Source: Euprymna scolopes (taxonomy: Eukaryota). From it: DNA of 64,000 nucleotides. The notes beneath the pieces were generated by a model. That model was not told the origin of the DNA. It searched no databases and was given only the letters and a program-made list of their open reading frames with translations. The stretch is taken from assembly GCA_053919585.1 (NCBI GenBank), contig CM132788.1; one strand, given 5' to 3'. Shown one piece after another: positions 1 through 13,791 of this stretch; position 1 is the stretch's first letter; every line of letters starts with the position of its first letter. Both the position numbers and the translations under genes were made by a program.

Positions 1-171
1 CAAACAACCCAAATGTTAATGTATTGTTATAGTTTTAAGGTCTCAATATAAATGATATTAAATGCATTTTCGTGTATACTAAAAAAAGAATATCTTTGTA
101 ACAATCCTTAACGAATGGACGTATAAATTTCAGTTTTATTATATACTGAGATCTAAATGTAGATCTATTAA

Positions 172-912
172 TTTTTTTTTTTTATTACATTTTCACCCCA
201 AACAAGGCAAATTGCCACTTTGGTGTAGGGGGTTATTATCAGGGGAAACGACTACTGGGGTACTATGTAGGGAGTTGGGCAGCAAGGTGTCGGTTCACGT
301 TACACTTGAACTTCTGCACGTCAGTACTGTTGGGGAAGCAGGGACCTGGAATGGAATTCCAGAGTCTTGCGGTTCTGGGGAAGAAACTATTGGAGTAAAA
401 AGATCTTTTACATCTAGGGATCTCTACAGTGTGGGGGTGGGGTCTAGTAGCCTGTCGGGTTTGTCGAGGGTGCTCGCGTCGTGGGGGCACAAGTGATTGC
501 AGTTCGTCAGAGCATTCACCACTAAAATACTTGTAGAAAAGGCAGAGCGATGCAACATTTCGTCGATGGGACAGAGTCTGAAGCTTAGATGCCAGTTCAG
601 GGCCTATCAGGTTTGCGACTCTCTTTTGAACCTTGTCAAGGAGCGAGAGACTAGTAGCAGATGCACCAGCCCAGATGTGGCAGCAATACTCCATACATGG
701 GCGAATGGTGGCCTTATAGAGGTACAGGATACTTTCGGGTGTTAGTAGTTTTCTAGCACGGTAGAGAGAGCCTACCTTTCTTGCAGCGGCCCTGGCAATG
801 CCTTCAATGTAATTGTTCCAACTCATGTTTCCTGTGAACGTTAGGCCAAGGAGTTTGAAAGATGGACTCTCAGATAAAGAGTCGTTGGCCATTGCTATGG
901 GTGGTAGACACA
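172..912 (-). mobile_element. 5'-truncated CR1/L2-group non-LTR retrotransposon (subfamily A): post-RT C-terminal ORF2, 3' UTR and poly(A)
   Basis: ORF 263..967(-) encodes LLGLTF..WNNYI..LYKATIRPCMEYCCHIWAGA..LDKVQKR..LSHRRNVASLCLFYKYF..SFFPRTARLWNS, typical of the CR1/L2/Crack ORF2 C-terminus. The T run at 172-183 is the poly(A) tail on the minus strand. The first ~18 aa appear to come from flanking DNA. Confidence 0.9.
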
Positions 913-1603
913 CATTGATATCGATATTGCCAACGTTTTCTATATATAGGTTTATCATACGAAACATAATTCATGACTTTTTATTGCTATTAAAGTAAAG
1001 TGTTTATAAATAAATTATTAAAAACATTTGGGTTTCTCAAAATCTCGAATATATTCACCAACACGTGTTGCTTTCGACACAACCATACATTATCAAGTTA
1101 CATGTGTAGCTTTAAAACTACCAAGTTTGAAAGAAGTTCAAATCTGATCTGAAATATAGAAAATTAGGAATCATTACTTCATCTATTTTGATCTCTATAC
1201 GCCTATCAGCGTGCAAGCGATGCAGATGACAAGTAAGAGGCATGTAATAAACTAAATTTGTCTTCGAACTTGTAACAGAAATTCTCATAGGGTGTATGCG
1301 GTATATCGATCGACAGCAATTTAAGCATAGGTTATAATTATCCAACTCTGCTTCAGTCACCAGTCGATTCGATAACATCTGCCATATCGGACTGCGTCCA
1401 AAGGTGTTCAATGCTGATCTGCTGTCCAAAAACCTGCTAATTAATTCGAGCTTCTTGTTCTCTCTCCACATCTTTATTCATGACCGTTTCTCCCATTCAT
1501 ATCTCTTTACGAATTTCGTATTTTAACGCTTCCTCTGTTCCCATCCTTATTTCCGCTCTATAGCCATCATATTCTCTCATTCTTCCGCTTTGTTCCTACA
1601 GTA

Positions 1604-1658
<55 letters not shown>

Positions 1659-1662
1659 GAGA
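1604..1662. repeat. (TA)n(GA)n compound microsatellite
   Basis: Seen directly. Confidence 0.95.
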
Positions 1663-3377
1663 AATAAAAATTAGAATAAGTTTACCAAGGTAATCAAAAT
1701 GGTAAACTTAAAATATATTATAAATATTAAAGAGTTAATATTTACAAGTATTAAAATAATTAAGTAAAGTAATCTCAACCAGATGTAAAAGCTCAATAAA
1801 ACCAAAAAGGAAATAGAGCTTATAATATGAACAAATGATTAATAAATATATGTATAAGATACTGTTGCATTTTGCGGACTGTACTCTTCAAAAAGAATCT
1901 GAAATAAAAAGAGCCGGCATGTGCCGATCGTTGATTGTACCAGAAAACACTGATAAATTCAATTAAATAAAAATAAACGCTTGAAAATCCAAAATAAGAG
2001 AATCTATCAGATAATAATTACAATTAAAAAGAGACCGAAAAACAAGAAAATAAAATATAACAAGAATCTAACGCAAGCTTTATGATTAAATATTGTGTTT
2101 TTTTTGTTTGTTTTTTTTCACACTAGTAGAAAAATATTATAATTTCTTCACGTATATCGCAACTGAGTAACACTTTCAAACCAACTGTTTTGTGGTGTTG
2201 TTAACGTTTAATTGAAGGGTTAATGTTTGTTTGGAGTTAGGTGCAGGCGTTAGAATTAAGGATTAGGTATAAAGTTAGTGTAAGGCGAAATGGTTTATGC
2301 AACGCTAAGCAAATCTATCAATAATAGAAGCTCAGTTTCTTACACTACCATATGCCCCGCGCTTAAATTGCTTGGCATTAATTTGTTTTTGTTTTTCTGA
2401 CGATAAGTTAGGACTTATCAAATTAAATTCATTGTCGTGTGCTTCATTATGATGGACAATTAAAAGTAAACTCTGATTGTTTATTTATTTTAATTTTTCA
2501 AATGTTTGGCTTTCTATTGACTAATCGCGTTTCTATTGACTAATCGCGTTTATTGTCATTTTTCCTCTTCTTGGACCAACTAGATTAGCGCTCTGTATAT
2601 TTTAGTATCTCACAGCAATTCCTAGCAGACATTTACGAATATCTGTATGTCACACTAGTCTCATATATTAGTTCTCGCGCGAAAGAGCATGACGCAATTT
2701 TGTTTAAATATTAATAATAACAAAATAACAATAAGAAAGACTTTCGCTGGCGAGGACTACTATTGAGCGTAACCAGTTATACAGTCCTATTGAAATTTTC
2801 ATCTCTATTTTTCTCGTTATCGACTGAATATTTTAATGAAACCTATATGAAATATTTTCCTTATTAAATTGTATAAATTTCTATTCTGAAAGAAGTTTAA
2901 AAAAATTAATATTAAAAAGTAATTTTAAAGTTTTTGTTAAAAACATCAGATTTTCTCATTATTCATACATGTATGCAAAAGAGAGTTGTGGTGTGAGGAG
3001 AAATACAAACTGAAACAGAGAGAATATTCAGAGCTGTAATAAAACAAAGCGGTGTTGCAAAAATGAGTTGTGTGTGAGGAGAAATACACACTGAAATAAA
3101 GAGTATGAGAGTTTTTATAAGCACATGCAAAACAACATTAATTTTTTTAATTCAAATTAATAAATTAAATAAAATATAATCTTAAAAAGATACGATACAA
3201 GTTAGAAAAGCGTTTCATCCACGGCATGAAAACTGTTAAACAAATATTTTTATTATAGGCTTTAAAAATAAAGGTACACGATTCAATTTGAAATTTATTC
3301 ATCTTCAAGGTGCACTTTTATACATTTTACAAAGTAATGTATTAAATTTATATAACTTACTTTGTAAGATGTAAGTA

Positions 3378-3554
3378 AAGTTATATACATATTTACATGT
3401 CTTCAGATATACTTCAGTTGAAGATATTCCGGCAGGTGGCGTGGTGCATGTCTTACTGGTGGCAGCATAAGCGTCTTGCTATTTGAGGGTCTTTACCGGA
3501 CTCCCCCGGTATTGGTGATTGATACCTTTATATATCTCACTCACCCGCCTATGT
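3378..3554 (+). repeat. Dispersed repeat (SINE-like or non-LTR 3' end), copy 1
   Basis: Reverse complement of 32035-32212 (e.g. cccccggtattggtgattgatacctttatatatctcactcacccgcctatgt vs acataggcgggtgagtgagatatataaaagtatcaatcaccaataccggggg). Runs into an N gap. Confidence 0.85.
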
Positions 3555-3959
3555 NNNNNNNNNNNNNNNNNNNNNNNNNNNNNNNNNNNNNNNNNNNNNN
3601 NNNNNNNNNNNNNNNNNNNNNNNNNNNNNNNNNNNNNNNNNNNNNNNNNNNNNNNNNNNNNNNNNNNNNNNNNNNNNNNNNNNNNNNNNNNNNNNNNNNN
3701 NNGTTGCTCGGGACAGGATCAGACACAATAGGAACAATTTTGAACATGCCTGTTATTCTTAGGATAGAGGATTTTTTTTTATGTCTATGTATCATTTGCA
3801 TTCTTGTGCAAAGGAATATGTTATCTACCCTAGGACGGGTATTACACATCATATGTAGGGAATAATTGTACCTTCATTTGACAGGAAATTTACAGCACGT
3901 ATGTGGAAAAAGATTCCTTACCTAAGGGGGGTTATTTACAACACATATTTAAAATTATT

Positions 3960-4830
3960 TTAATAAGTTTACGTTGTGCTAAATTTTCGGCATGTCACAA
4001 GTAAGAGTGTGTTTGTTTTTACATCAGAGTGCAATAGTTAAGAAGCACCGAATTTTTTATAGTAATATTATACTACTCGAATATATTACATGATTTTCGA
4101 TTTTGATAACTTATGTACGTCACTGATAAGAATGTCTTTGTTTTTGATATGGCTACTTCACTGTATAAGTACCTTATTTCCTGTGTAGGATACTGTAGAA
4201 GTACCATTTTTTTCTAATTTAAAAACGAAAGAACGTGCTGCTTTTAAGTAATTTCTGTTGTGCTAAATGTTCTGTATGTCTAGAGTAAGAATTTGTATGT
4301 TATTTCTATTGCTATAGTAAAGAAGCACCTTATTTCTCACTTAAAACTCATGCTATTTGATTATATAACGTGATTTTCTGATTTAATGATTTTATGCAGG
4401 TCACAGGTAAGATTCGATTTGTTTTTCATATGAGTACTATACTAAATAAGAACATTATTTCTTTGGGAGGATAATGTACACGTACTATATTTTAATATAT
4501 AGATGAAACTACTCGATGATTTTACATACTCTTCTGTTATGCGAACTTTTCCATGTGTCATAGGTGAAAGTTTGTTTTTATAATCGAGTGCTATATTGAA
4601 GAAGCACCTCATTTATTCGATAAACCTCATACTACACGAATATATTATATGATTTTCAGTTTGGATAACTTGTATGTACGCCACGTGTTAGATTTCTTTT
4701 GTTTTTTCATATGGGTACAATACTGACAATAATTATTTATCGGGAAAGATACTGTACGAGTACATTTTTTTCAAATGTAAAAATAAAAAAAAAACTCGAT
4801 ACATTTATGTAATTTTCTGTTGTGTTACAT
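3960..4830. repeat. Degenerate 280-bp tandem repeat (~3 units; further partial unit at ~5825-5975)
   Basis: Anchor agaagcacc at 4041, 4321 and 4600. ggatactgt-like motif at ~4187, 4469, 4748 and 5913. Confidence 0.8.
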
Positions 4831-5059
4831 TTGAAGTGTTTAGGCGATACTGTTGGTATCGATAAGTGTTCAGAAACCATGCACGCACGACGTCCAATGA
4901 AAATATCTACATGTCTATTTATGTGTATAAATGTTTTGCTAAATGTTGGAATCTTTTCAACAAATTAGCTTTAATTGTTTACGCAAAGCTGTCGGCATAG
5001 ATGGATGTTCATAAAACATGCACAATGTCTAATAAAAATATATGGAAAAGTATGTGTAT

Positions 5060-5745
5060 ACTTCAAAAGCATCTTCAAAATTATTTATTGGGATTGAGAC
5101 TGCAGTGCAAAAGCACCTTCAAAATTGTCAAATCGGATCGGTACTGCACACGCACCTTCAAAATTGTCAAGTCGGACCGATGTGCACAAGCACATTCAAA
5201 ATTGTAATCGAACCTATACTACAGAAGCACCTTCAAAATGGTCAAATCCGACCTACAGTGCACAAGCACCTTTAATATTGTCTAATCAGACCTATACTGC
5301 ACCAGCACATTAAAAATTTAACAATCGGACCTATACTGCACAAGAACTTTCAAAATTGTCAAATCCGACCTATAGTGCACAATCACCTTCAAAATTGTCA
5401 AATCAGACCTATACTGCACAAGCACATTCAAACTTATCAAATCGGACCTATACTGCACAAGCACCGACAAAATTGTCAGATCGGATCTATAATGTACAAA
5501 CACCTTCAAAATTGTCAAATCCGACCTATACTGCATAAGCATTTTCAAAATTGTCAAATCCAACCTATACTGCACAAGCACCTTAAAAATTGTCAAATCG
5601 GACACCTTCAACATTGTAAAATCCGACTTATACTGCACGAGTACCTTCCAAATTGTCAAATCGGACCTATACTGCACAAACACTTTCAAAAGTGTGAAAT
5701 CAATCCTATACTGCACAAGCACCTTCCAAATTTTTAAATAGGATC
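5060..5745. repeat. 39-bp minisatellite, ~17 copies, consensus CAAGCACCTTCAAAATTGTCAAATCGGACCTATACTGCA
   Basis: Seen directly. Its 13-codon periodicity explains the repetitive ORFs at 5001-5737. Confidence 0.95.
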
Positions 5746-6119
5746 TAATCTGTGCTTCTTGTTTACGCTGTTAGCACACTATTTGTTAGATGTAAGTTAT
5801 ACTACTGGAATATTTAACGGGATCTACAGTTTTAATAACTTATGTACGTAACAGGTAAGAGTTTTTTTCATGTGAGTACTATACTGCAGAAGTACCTTAT
5901 TTCTGGGGGGGAGGATACTGTGCAACATTTTATTTCTAATATAAGGATGAAACTACTCGATTTTTCATAAATTTTTGATAAGAGTACTATAATGTCAAAT
6001 TCCCTATTACTTGGATAGAATTCATTGTACACATAAATGCATTGCCAAAGTAAGTGGACAGTGTATGTGATTTTGGGGATATGACACCTATAGATATACA
6101 CAAACATACACGTTACATA

Positions 6120-6260
6120 TAATTCATAATGATCAGTAAATTAGTTTGGGAGTTGATCCAAGACACAAAAAGATATAATCATATACACATAATTAACATT
6201 AATAATGATCGGTTTATTAGTTTATGAGTGAATCCAATACATATATGTATATATATACAT

Positions 6261-6322
<62 letters not shown>

Positions 6323-6765
6323 CACCATATACACACCCTTAAAGTTCATAATGATCGGTTACTTAGGTTAAGAGCGAGTCCAATACGTAGAAATATATAA
6401 ACATACGCATAATTATAATGCATAATAATCGGTTAATTAGTTTTGGAGTGAATCCAATAATAGAAATGTAAAATCATATACACCTCCTTTAAATTAATAA
6501 TGATCTGTTCATTAGTTTAGGAGTGAATACAATACATAAAAATATACATACATATATACATAAATAAAATTAATGATGATCGGTTAATTAGTTTAGGAGT
6601 GAATTCAATGCACAGAAATATATAATCACATACACATCATTAAAATTAATAATGATTGGTTAATTAATTTAGGATAGAATCCAATACATACAAATATACA
6701 GACATATACACATAATTAACATCCCTAATGATCGGTTAAATAGTTTAGGAATTATTTCAATGCAA
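6120..6765. repeat. ~75-bp degenerate tandem repeat (taatgatcggttaattagtttaggagtgaatccaatac...), ~8-9 units, containing a TA/CA microsatellite expansion
   Basis: aatgatcggt-like anchors at ~6128, 6204, 6350, 6426, 6499, 6576, 6651 and 6727. Confidence 0.85.
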
Positions 6766-6970
6766 ACTTCCATTACTGGATCTATTTACGTGATTATTGG
6801 AATGTAACAAATAAGCCGATATATATTTGGAATATGACATTTTCGTTATGCACAGCAAAAACATTTTTTCCGTATTTTTTTTTCATATGAATGTGTTCTG
6901 TTATAATTATTACGTAACATTTAAACGTCCAGAATATCGAAATGTAAAAAAAAAAGAAAAAAGAAAAGAA

Positions 6971-7031
6971 AGGGCGGAGCTTGAACCCCGAACACTGGTA
7001 TTAGTATTCGCTGACTCTACGCACTGCACCA
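6971..7031 (-). other. tRNA-derived (Pol III A/B box) segment, probably a SINE head or TE cargo; not a functional tRNA
   Basis: Minus strand reads TGGTGCAGTGCGTAGAG (A-box-like) ... GGGGTTCAAGCTCC (B-box-like). No complete cloverleaf. Confidence 0.45.
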
Positions 7032-9354
7032 AACAGGTAATTACTTTCACGCACTTGGAAATTTACCAAATAAATAAATCTCTGTTACAGATCGTGCGCA
7101 TGCGCAATCGACGTCATTGTCGCTATGCTCATCAAGTTGGCATTTCTTTCAAATTTGAACCATTTTTGAACCCCTTAGCACTTGTTTTAGCCGATTATAT
7201 ACATCTAAGAAAATTCTGCACTCTATATGCCATCTTCTGAGTTATTGCATATCGTCTAACGATCATCCGTCAAGTTGAAAAACGGAGACACACACACAGT
7301 TAGTTTTATGTATTAGGTTAAGATTTCTCATACTTTAGTACGTACCACGTTTTTCTCTATATATAATAAACGCAAATGACAATCTCTTACTCGTTATATT
7401 CTTCCTGCTCAAGTCTGCATAATTACTTAATATATATCATTACCTAATCTCTAAATTACCTTTGTACCTTTTCCTTGTCTCTAATATTTTTTGCTCACGT
7501 ATCCCTGATTTTTTTACACTTTGTCACCTCACTCATTTACTAATCTACTCTTTTAATCTGACGTATTTAATTGGTGACTCGTTCTGCATTTTCCTGCTAA
7601 GCACCTGTAACTCTTATCATAATACCTCATATTTTGTTCAGGTTTCCTCCGTATCATTTTTTTTCACATATTGACAACTGTGAGAAAGTAAATATTTAGA
7701 AACTTATTCTGTCCTGATTAGTGTGTATCGCCTTTACGTTTATATTCCGCTTTCACTTTTATTTTCCCTGAAAAATATATCCATCCAAATACTAGTAACG
7801 CCGTAGCATTTATCGTATATATTCTCACTTAATCATACACATGTTTAATGCATATTTATCAGTTACTTTTTCCAGTGCATTCGTATACTTTATTTCCCCC
7901 CCCCCCCGTTTCCTCTTTCTATATCCTTTAACTTATGCATTTACACTGTAAACTGTTAAGCATTTTCTCCTACCAACATGATCTTTATAGTGTGTCTGCA
8001 TCATCAGGTTAATCGCCATTCGACTTTATCCTTTCAGTCGGCTATTTCTTCCTGCCTCTTGGGTTACGCTTATGCTAATTACATTATTCTTGGTTTACTG
8101 CTAAAAATACGTATTTTTTTGTCTTCGCAATATTTATGTAGATAACATATAGGTAACTTTTGAACGAGATCTGTCAATGTTGCTGATTTCATTCATCTGT
8201 CACTACTACGTTAAATAAAATGATAAGCAACGTACGCTTATTTTTCAAGAGGTTATGATTGATTATTTTATTATCCAATCGCAAATAAAAATAAAATCTA
8301 CCGATGAAATTTTACAAATGAAAAGGCACTATCTCTGTTTGTCTGTTTGTCTCAATAGTTTTACCAATTATCACTTTTGAATGTAAATGTCTCAGGATGG
8401 AGCTAGGAGACTCAAATAATAAGATTTGTATGGCCTGTCTTTTTATGAGTCTTTAGTAGGTTATATTAGTTTAAAAGACGTATCAATTGAAAACCAACTC
8501 GCTTTACATTTTCTACACTCATCTTAATTTATTTTGAATCAGGCCATATGCGTGTTACCTTGGTACAAGCACCCTAGATTGTAATGCTACCATGTTCGCT
8601 CCAGTCTCCACTCTAGCTTATGACACCCAATGCTTTTTTTCATTTTTAAAATCACGACTTTATAATAATATATACAAATCTGGACAAATAAACATATCAT
8701 ATTTAAGGGCAAAGCTTACTATTTTTCCAAAATATATAAGTACAAATTTGAAAAATAGTGAAATCATTGCATCCATGTTCTACTTCCATAACTCAATTGA
8801 CAGACCTGCCGGAGTTTTTTTTTGTAATTTAGTGTCTGTTTTTATGCACAATTTCTGTTTTTTCACACCGATTAGCCACGCTGCAATTTTAATATAAATT
8901 ACATTACACAGGGAAACAATTATCTGTTATATATTTGTGGTTCCACCCATTTAGATTTCTGAGAAATATTTTATTAATTTTTACTTTTCGGACTGATTCT
9001 CGATATTCCGCACATTTAATATTTTTGTTCCTTTTGGAGTGTGAAATTTGTACATTAGGTGCACCTCAACGATTTTTTTTTTTAGAATGAGGACTTTTAA
9101 AAGTTTTCGTCTATGCTGATGAAAAATTCTCATCCAAATTTTGTGGAAACAAGTACTTATAGAGATATAACGACCTGTATTATGCATTGTAATTTTCTGG
9201 CCGCCATGTTTGTACGCACTTGCGATACACAACTTTATTTCTCTCCTACCGACACTGCCACCACTCATGCTTTTTAGAATTTGCGGTAGGGTATGCAGAC
9301 AACGATTATCACGGTTAAATTGTGGGAAATCATTCCACCCCGTTAAAAGGGCGG

Positions 9355-9510
9355 TTCTACTCTGAAAGCTGTTCTTTACATATGGGGTGTTGAGAGGTGT
9401 CTATTCCAAACGTCGTTCCTTAAATGGGGAGCTTGGTGGTTTCGATTTTGAAAGCCGTTCGTAACATGGGAGTTAAGGATGCTTATTAAAAACGCCGTTC
9501 TTAACATGGC
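9355..9510. repeat. ~42-bp degenerate tandem repeat (aaa(c)gccgttcttaacatggggag...), ~4 units
   Basis: Units: gaaagctgttctttacatatgggg, caaacgtcgttccttaaatgggg, gaaagccgttcgtaacatggga, aaacgccgttcttaacatggc. Confidence 0.6.
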
Positions 9511-12421
9511 AAGACTCAAAAAGTCAAGGTGGATAAAATCATAGTTGTTTTGTTTTACACGTTAAAAATACAACAGGAATTTTATTTAATACTATTGGTG
9601 GAAGAATTTACAAGAAAGGGCGACTTGAACAATAAACGGAAGTTTTCCACTGATTTCGATCACTCTAAACAGTTCATTTACAGTGACGACCCTAACTTCT
9701 AAAACTTCTGTTTTTACTTTCCCTTATTTCTAATGGACTATTTTTCGTAATTTAAATTATTTATACTGATTTATGCATTCCCTTAATTGCTTTTTAAATT
9801 CAAATAGTACGTGCATGTTATGTTCAGAAACAATCACAAATCGCCAATGAGAGCTAGATTATTTTATTTCGGCCATGACCGTTAGTGTCGGCAATTTTAC
9901 TGGGGTTGCATTGGCCACCAACATCAATCGTAGTTTACTTTTTTGCTAGGGTGGCAGTCATCCACCGGACAGCGCCGGTANNNNNNNNNNNNNNNNNNNN
10001 NNNNNNNNNNNNNNNNNNNNNNNNNNNNNNNNNNNNNNNNNNNNNNNNNNNNNNNNNNNNNNNNNNNNNNNNNNNNNNNNNNNNNNNNNNNNNNNNNNNN
10101 NNNNNNNNNNNGACGTTTTAATTTAATTTCATACAGATAATCTTCATACTAATATAATTGCTACATATTGCAATGTTTTCTAGCCCACCATTAAAGTTAT
10201 TTTTTATAAAGTAAAGCCAAAATTTACCAGCAAAATATTGGTATATTATATCAGACATAAATTCAACTTCTATTTGCAAATATTTTAGTTATGTTAGGTT
10301 CCGATTAATATATATATTCATATTGTTGCAGTGCAGCTGGAAGAAAGTAGTATATATTTCAAATGTGTTCATTAAGAAAAGGACTATGTGTTATAGTAAA
10401 ATTCGCTACGAGACGCGGCATATATTTTTCCAACTGCAGAAAAGTAAAGGAACCCTGATTAAAGGGGAGCACTGTTATCTCTGAAAAAAAAATAGTGAGA
10501 TTTCCTGCCTGTTCTTAGACAGTTAAGAATTAAAAAAAAACTCGTCAAAAAGCGAGTAAAGGCTGGAAAGTGTGTACTTTCTTAAATTACTCAAGATCAG
10601 TATCATATCCGGGTAGATACTGATTATCGAGGACGGATCCCCAGCTGGGGTTTTCCAGAGTTTCTAAGCAATAAGACATGTGCCAAATTATTTACTTTCT
10701 TACTCGAACAAGCAAGTAAAACGCCATAATATTGGTCCAGATTCCTCCTCTTTGGTTGCAGTAAACAAATCTCCAACTTGTATGTAAAAGCCTGTCTCCT
10801 TTCAATAATGTGTGGAAGGTCATACCGAGATTTCGTCGTAAGCTACTTTGTTCATACAAGTTGGATATTATAGAACAATGCGCCCGACCAATCACAGCAT
10901 CACATTTGATCTGTTTTCTAGTAAATATATAGTGATAGTATGTAAAACTTTCAGAATCGCTTGAGAAAATATGGAAAAATATAATATATTAAAAACATTA
11001 TCAAGCTTAGACTTTTACGTTGCATCGGTTACGCGTTTATAAACAATACAGAAATGACTAGGGCTGTGACAAGAGAATTGTCGTGACATTGTTAGACGGT
11101 TTGTCAACCGAAAACCATGTCACTCTATATAAAGGCAGGTAAGATATAAACGGATACGTACTGTAGAATCAATAAAATCAAAATAATATGCTGTTGTTTT
11201 AGACCTAGTAATAAGACAGGTTATATCTCGAGATTTATTGTTGTTAAATGTAGTATATTTCTGGATTAGGCGCACCAGAAGTAGAACGTTAAAATTATAA
11301 GGTTTTAAATAGTCATCTATTTAGCTTTTCAATTCTAATGAAATGAAGGAGCAAACTTATTTAGAATATCAAAAATTACCGGTTGTCTACTCTCTTCGTA
11401 GTGCTATAATTTCACTTTACAGATTAATCACTTATTTATCATATATCTGTGTATTAGTTTCTACTAGCTAATAGAACTCATTTCAAAACTATTTTCACTT
11501 GTTCGTCATTGTTAGCGTACAGCAATCGATTCTATGGTAGTAAAATATGTACGTGGTTAATGTTCATTTATTCGTTTACATATGAATGTGGAAATTTTAT
11601 AGTTTTCATTTGTTTTCCTTTCATCTTTCTAGTAAGAATTTTGTCAATAAATCAATATGGAACATACATTTTCATACAAGTTTTTCGCCCTTTATCAATC
11701 TCAAAAGAAAATCGATGATATGGATTAATAAATATAAGGGGGGAGTAAACAAACCATTAATGTCGTATATTGGATAGAATTTAGAGTATTTATAGGGACG
11801 GCTGAACAAAAACATGTTTACATTGGAACTTGAATGCTAACAAACTATAGTCAACCTGCAATCGGTCAGTTTCAGAGAAAGTTTTTATGGAATATGCGTT
11901 TAGATTCAGGCACAGATAGAGATTAGGGGACGTGGTAGGAAAGTGTTTGTTATAAATGTTTGGCAGTGAGGAATCATAATTTGGAGCTCAGACGAGAACT
12001 CGCCATAGAAATAAAGACAAAGCTAAGACAAGCTCGTAATGCCTCTTGGACATGACTATAAGGAAGATAATAACGTTTCATCCACTGGATCTCGAAACCT
12101 ACATCAAGGTATTTTAGGGGGCGTACCGAACAGATCGGGAGCAGATGTTGCAACACTGCTTAATTTTATGACGGCCTTAACTCTTAGATAGGTAGAAGAA
12201 AATCAAAACAAGTAAAAGTACATATATTTACACTATGCATTTTACGTAACTAAAACGACTCTCTGACTCCCTTTTGTGTACAATTTATCGTAAAGTAAAT
12301 GAAAAAGGATTGTTGAATTTCCTTACGAGTAAATGAACAGTGCAGGAAATACATGAGTGACAGAACTATAGGTACAATGAGTTAGGTAATCAGTAAGATT
12401 TTATACTTTATGTATCTAGTA

Positions 12422-12453
<32 letters not shown>

Positions 12454-13711
12454 TTCAGAATTATAAATGGTTCTATATAATAAAATTCCACAGCCAAATT
12501 ACGGGCTGCGACGTNNNNNNNNNNNNNNNNNNNNNNNNNNNNNNNNNNNNNNNNNNNNNNNNNNNNNNNNNNNNNNNNNNNNNNNNNNNNNNNNNNNNNN
12601 NNNNNNNNNNNNNNNNNNNNNNNNNNNNNNNNNNNNNNNNNNNNNNNNNNNNNNNNNNNNNNNNNTACAAGTAACGCCCTTTTTATTTTTACTCTATTCT
12701 CAGTCTAATACAAATATACCAGTTATATGAATGCATTTTCGAGAAGTCAATATAAACAATATTGTACTTAAACTACTTAAATGAAAAAAAAAGTTTTGTT
12801 TTTTACCTTCTCAAAAGTGTAAAGTTCTTATCTATCATCTGTGAGTTGATTCCCCATTTGCAGTATAATATAATATAATGGTTGCTTCTATTTATGAGTG
12901 CTTGAGATAGTTGCAGTCTTGTTTTTAATTATAAATAGCTGAACCATTTGCAACAAAACCTTTATATTCCAAATGATAAAACAGGCATAAGTATAAACAG
13001 ATGCGACTTCATAAACATACACACACAGACGGGCAAAAATTAATAAACAACTGAGCATCATTATAACTCAAACGGATGAGGTCAAATCGTACGAAAATAT
13101 TAATTGATAACATTATTTTATACATTCATATTTCTGCACTTCGATTCAAATAAAAACACTCGTTAAGATGGTTTCTCATTTTATCACACGTTTATCTGAT
13201 CATCTATGCATTAGTAATTCCTAAATATACACTGAATTAAAACGCAGAAATAAGTTGGCTGCTAAATTGCCTTCATCCTATCTCAAATTATGAAATTTAC
13301 GGAAGTATACACACATGTCGTCAATGTTATTTGTTCAAAATAAATTACATTTGATGAAGTTTCTTTCTAAATATAACACATGACTTTACAAATGGTATTT
13401 TTCTGATATTATCTAAAAAATACCCCCAGAGGTTTACATTACCACTTGGGTTTTACTAGATAACCAAAGTGCATCGTTGCCTTATTTGTACCTGTTGTTT
13501 TATTTAATTCTTAAATTACATATAGTGCGAGACCCGAGAAGAAAGTGTTGATAAAATATCTGCTGCTAACGATGAAGTATAGTTTTTAGGTGTTTAATCA
13601 TATCGATAATAATTTTCTATAATCTTACTGAAATCAGGCACCCAATTTGTTTTAGTCTGCGACACACGTCTCTTCTTCATGGAAAACAGTTTGTTATGTA
13701 ATATTGCCTAA

Positions 13712-13715
13712 TATC

Positions 13716-13791
<76 letters not shown>

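Noticed and set aside
2210-2290. ttagg-like motifs suggesting interstitial telomeric repeat
   Set aside because: Too short and degenerate, with no true (TTAGGG)n run.
2511-2552. 19-bp tandem duplication; similar small duplications at 2982-3103 and 19800-19845
   Set aside because: Ordinary local slippage or duplication events with no further structure.
3476-3865. ORFs containing X runs here and at the other nine gaps
   Set aside because: They are open only because N bases contain no stop codons.
5001-5737. Repetitive ORFs (e.g. LVQYRSDLTILKV repeats; HKHLQNCQIRPIL) resembling LRR or zinc-finger repeats
   Set aside because: They are read-through of a 39-bp minisatellite that is open in several frames on both strands. 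No proper C2H2 or LRR spacing.
5060-5745. CRISPR-like regular repeats (also considered for 36655-37110 and 52533-56020)
   Set aside because: The units are contiguous with no unique spacers, there are no cas genes, and the context is eukaryotic.
11120-11150. TATA box tatataaa followed by a cag|gtaag donor-like site
   Set aside because: The donor is too close to the TATA box, and such motifs are frequent by chance in AT-rich DNA.
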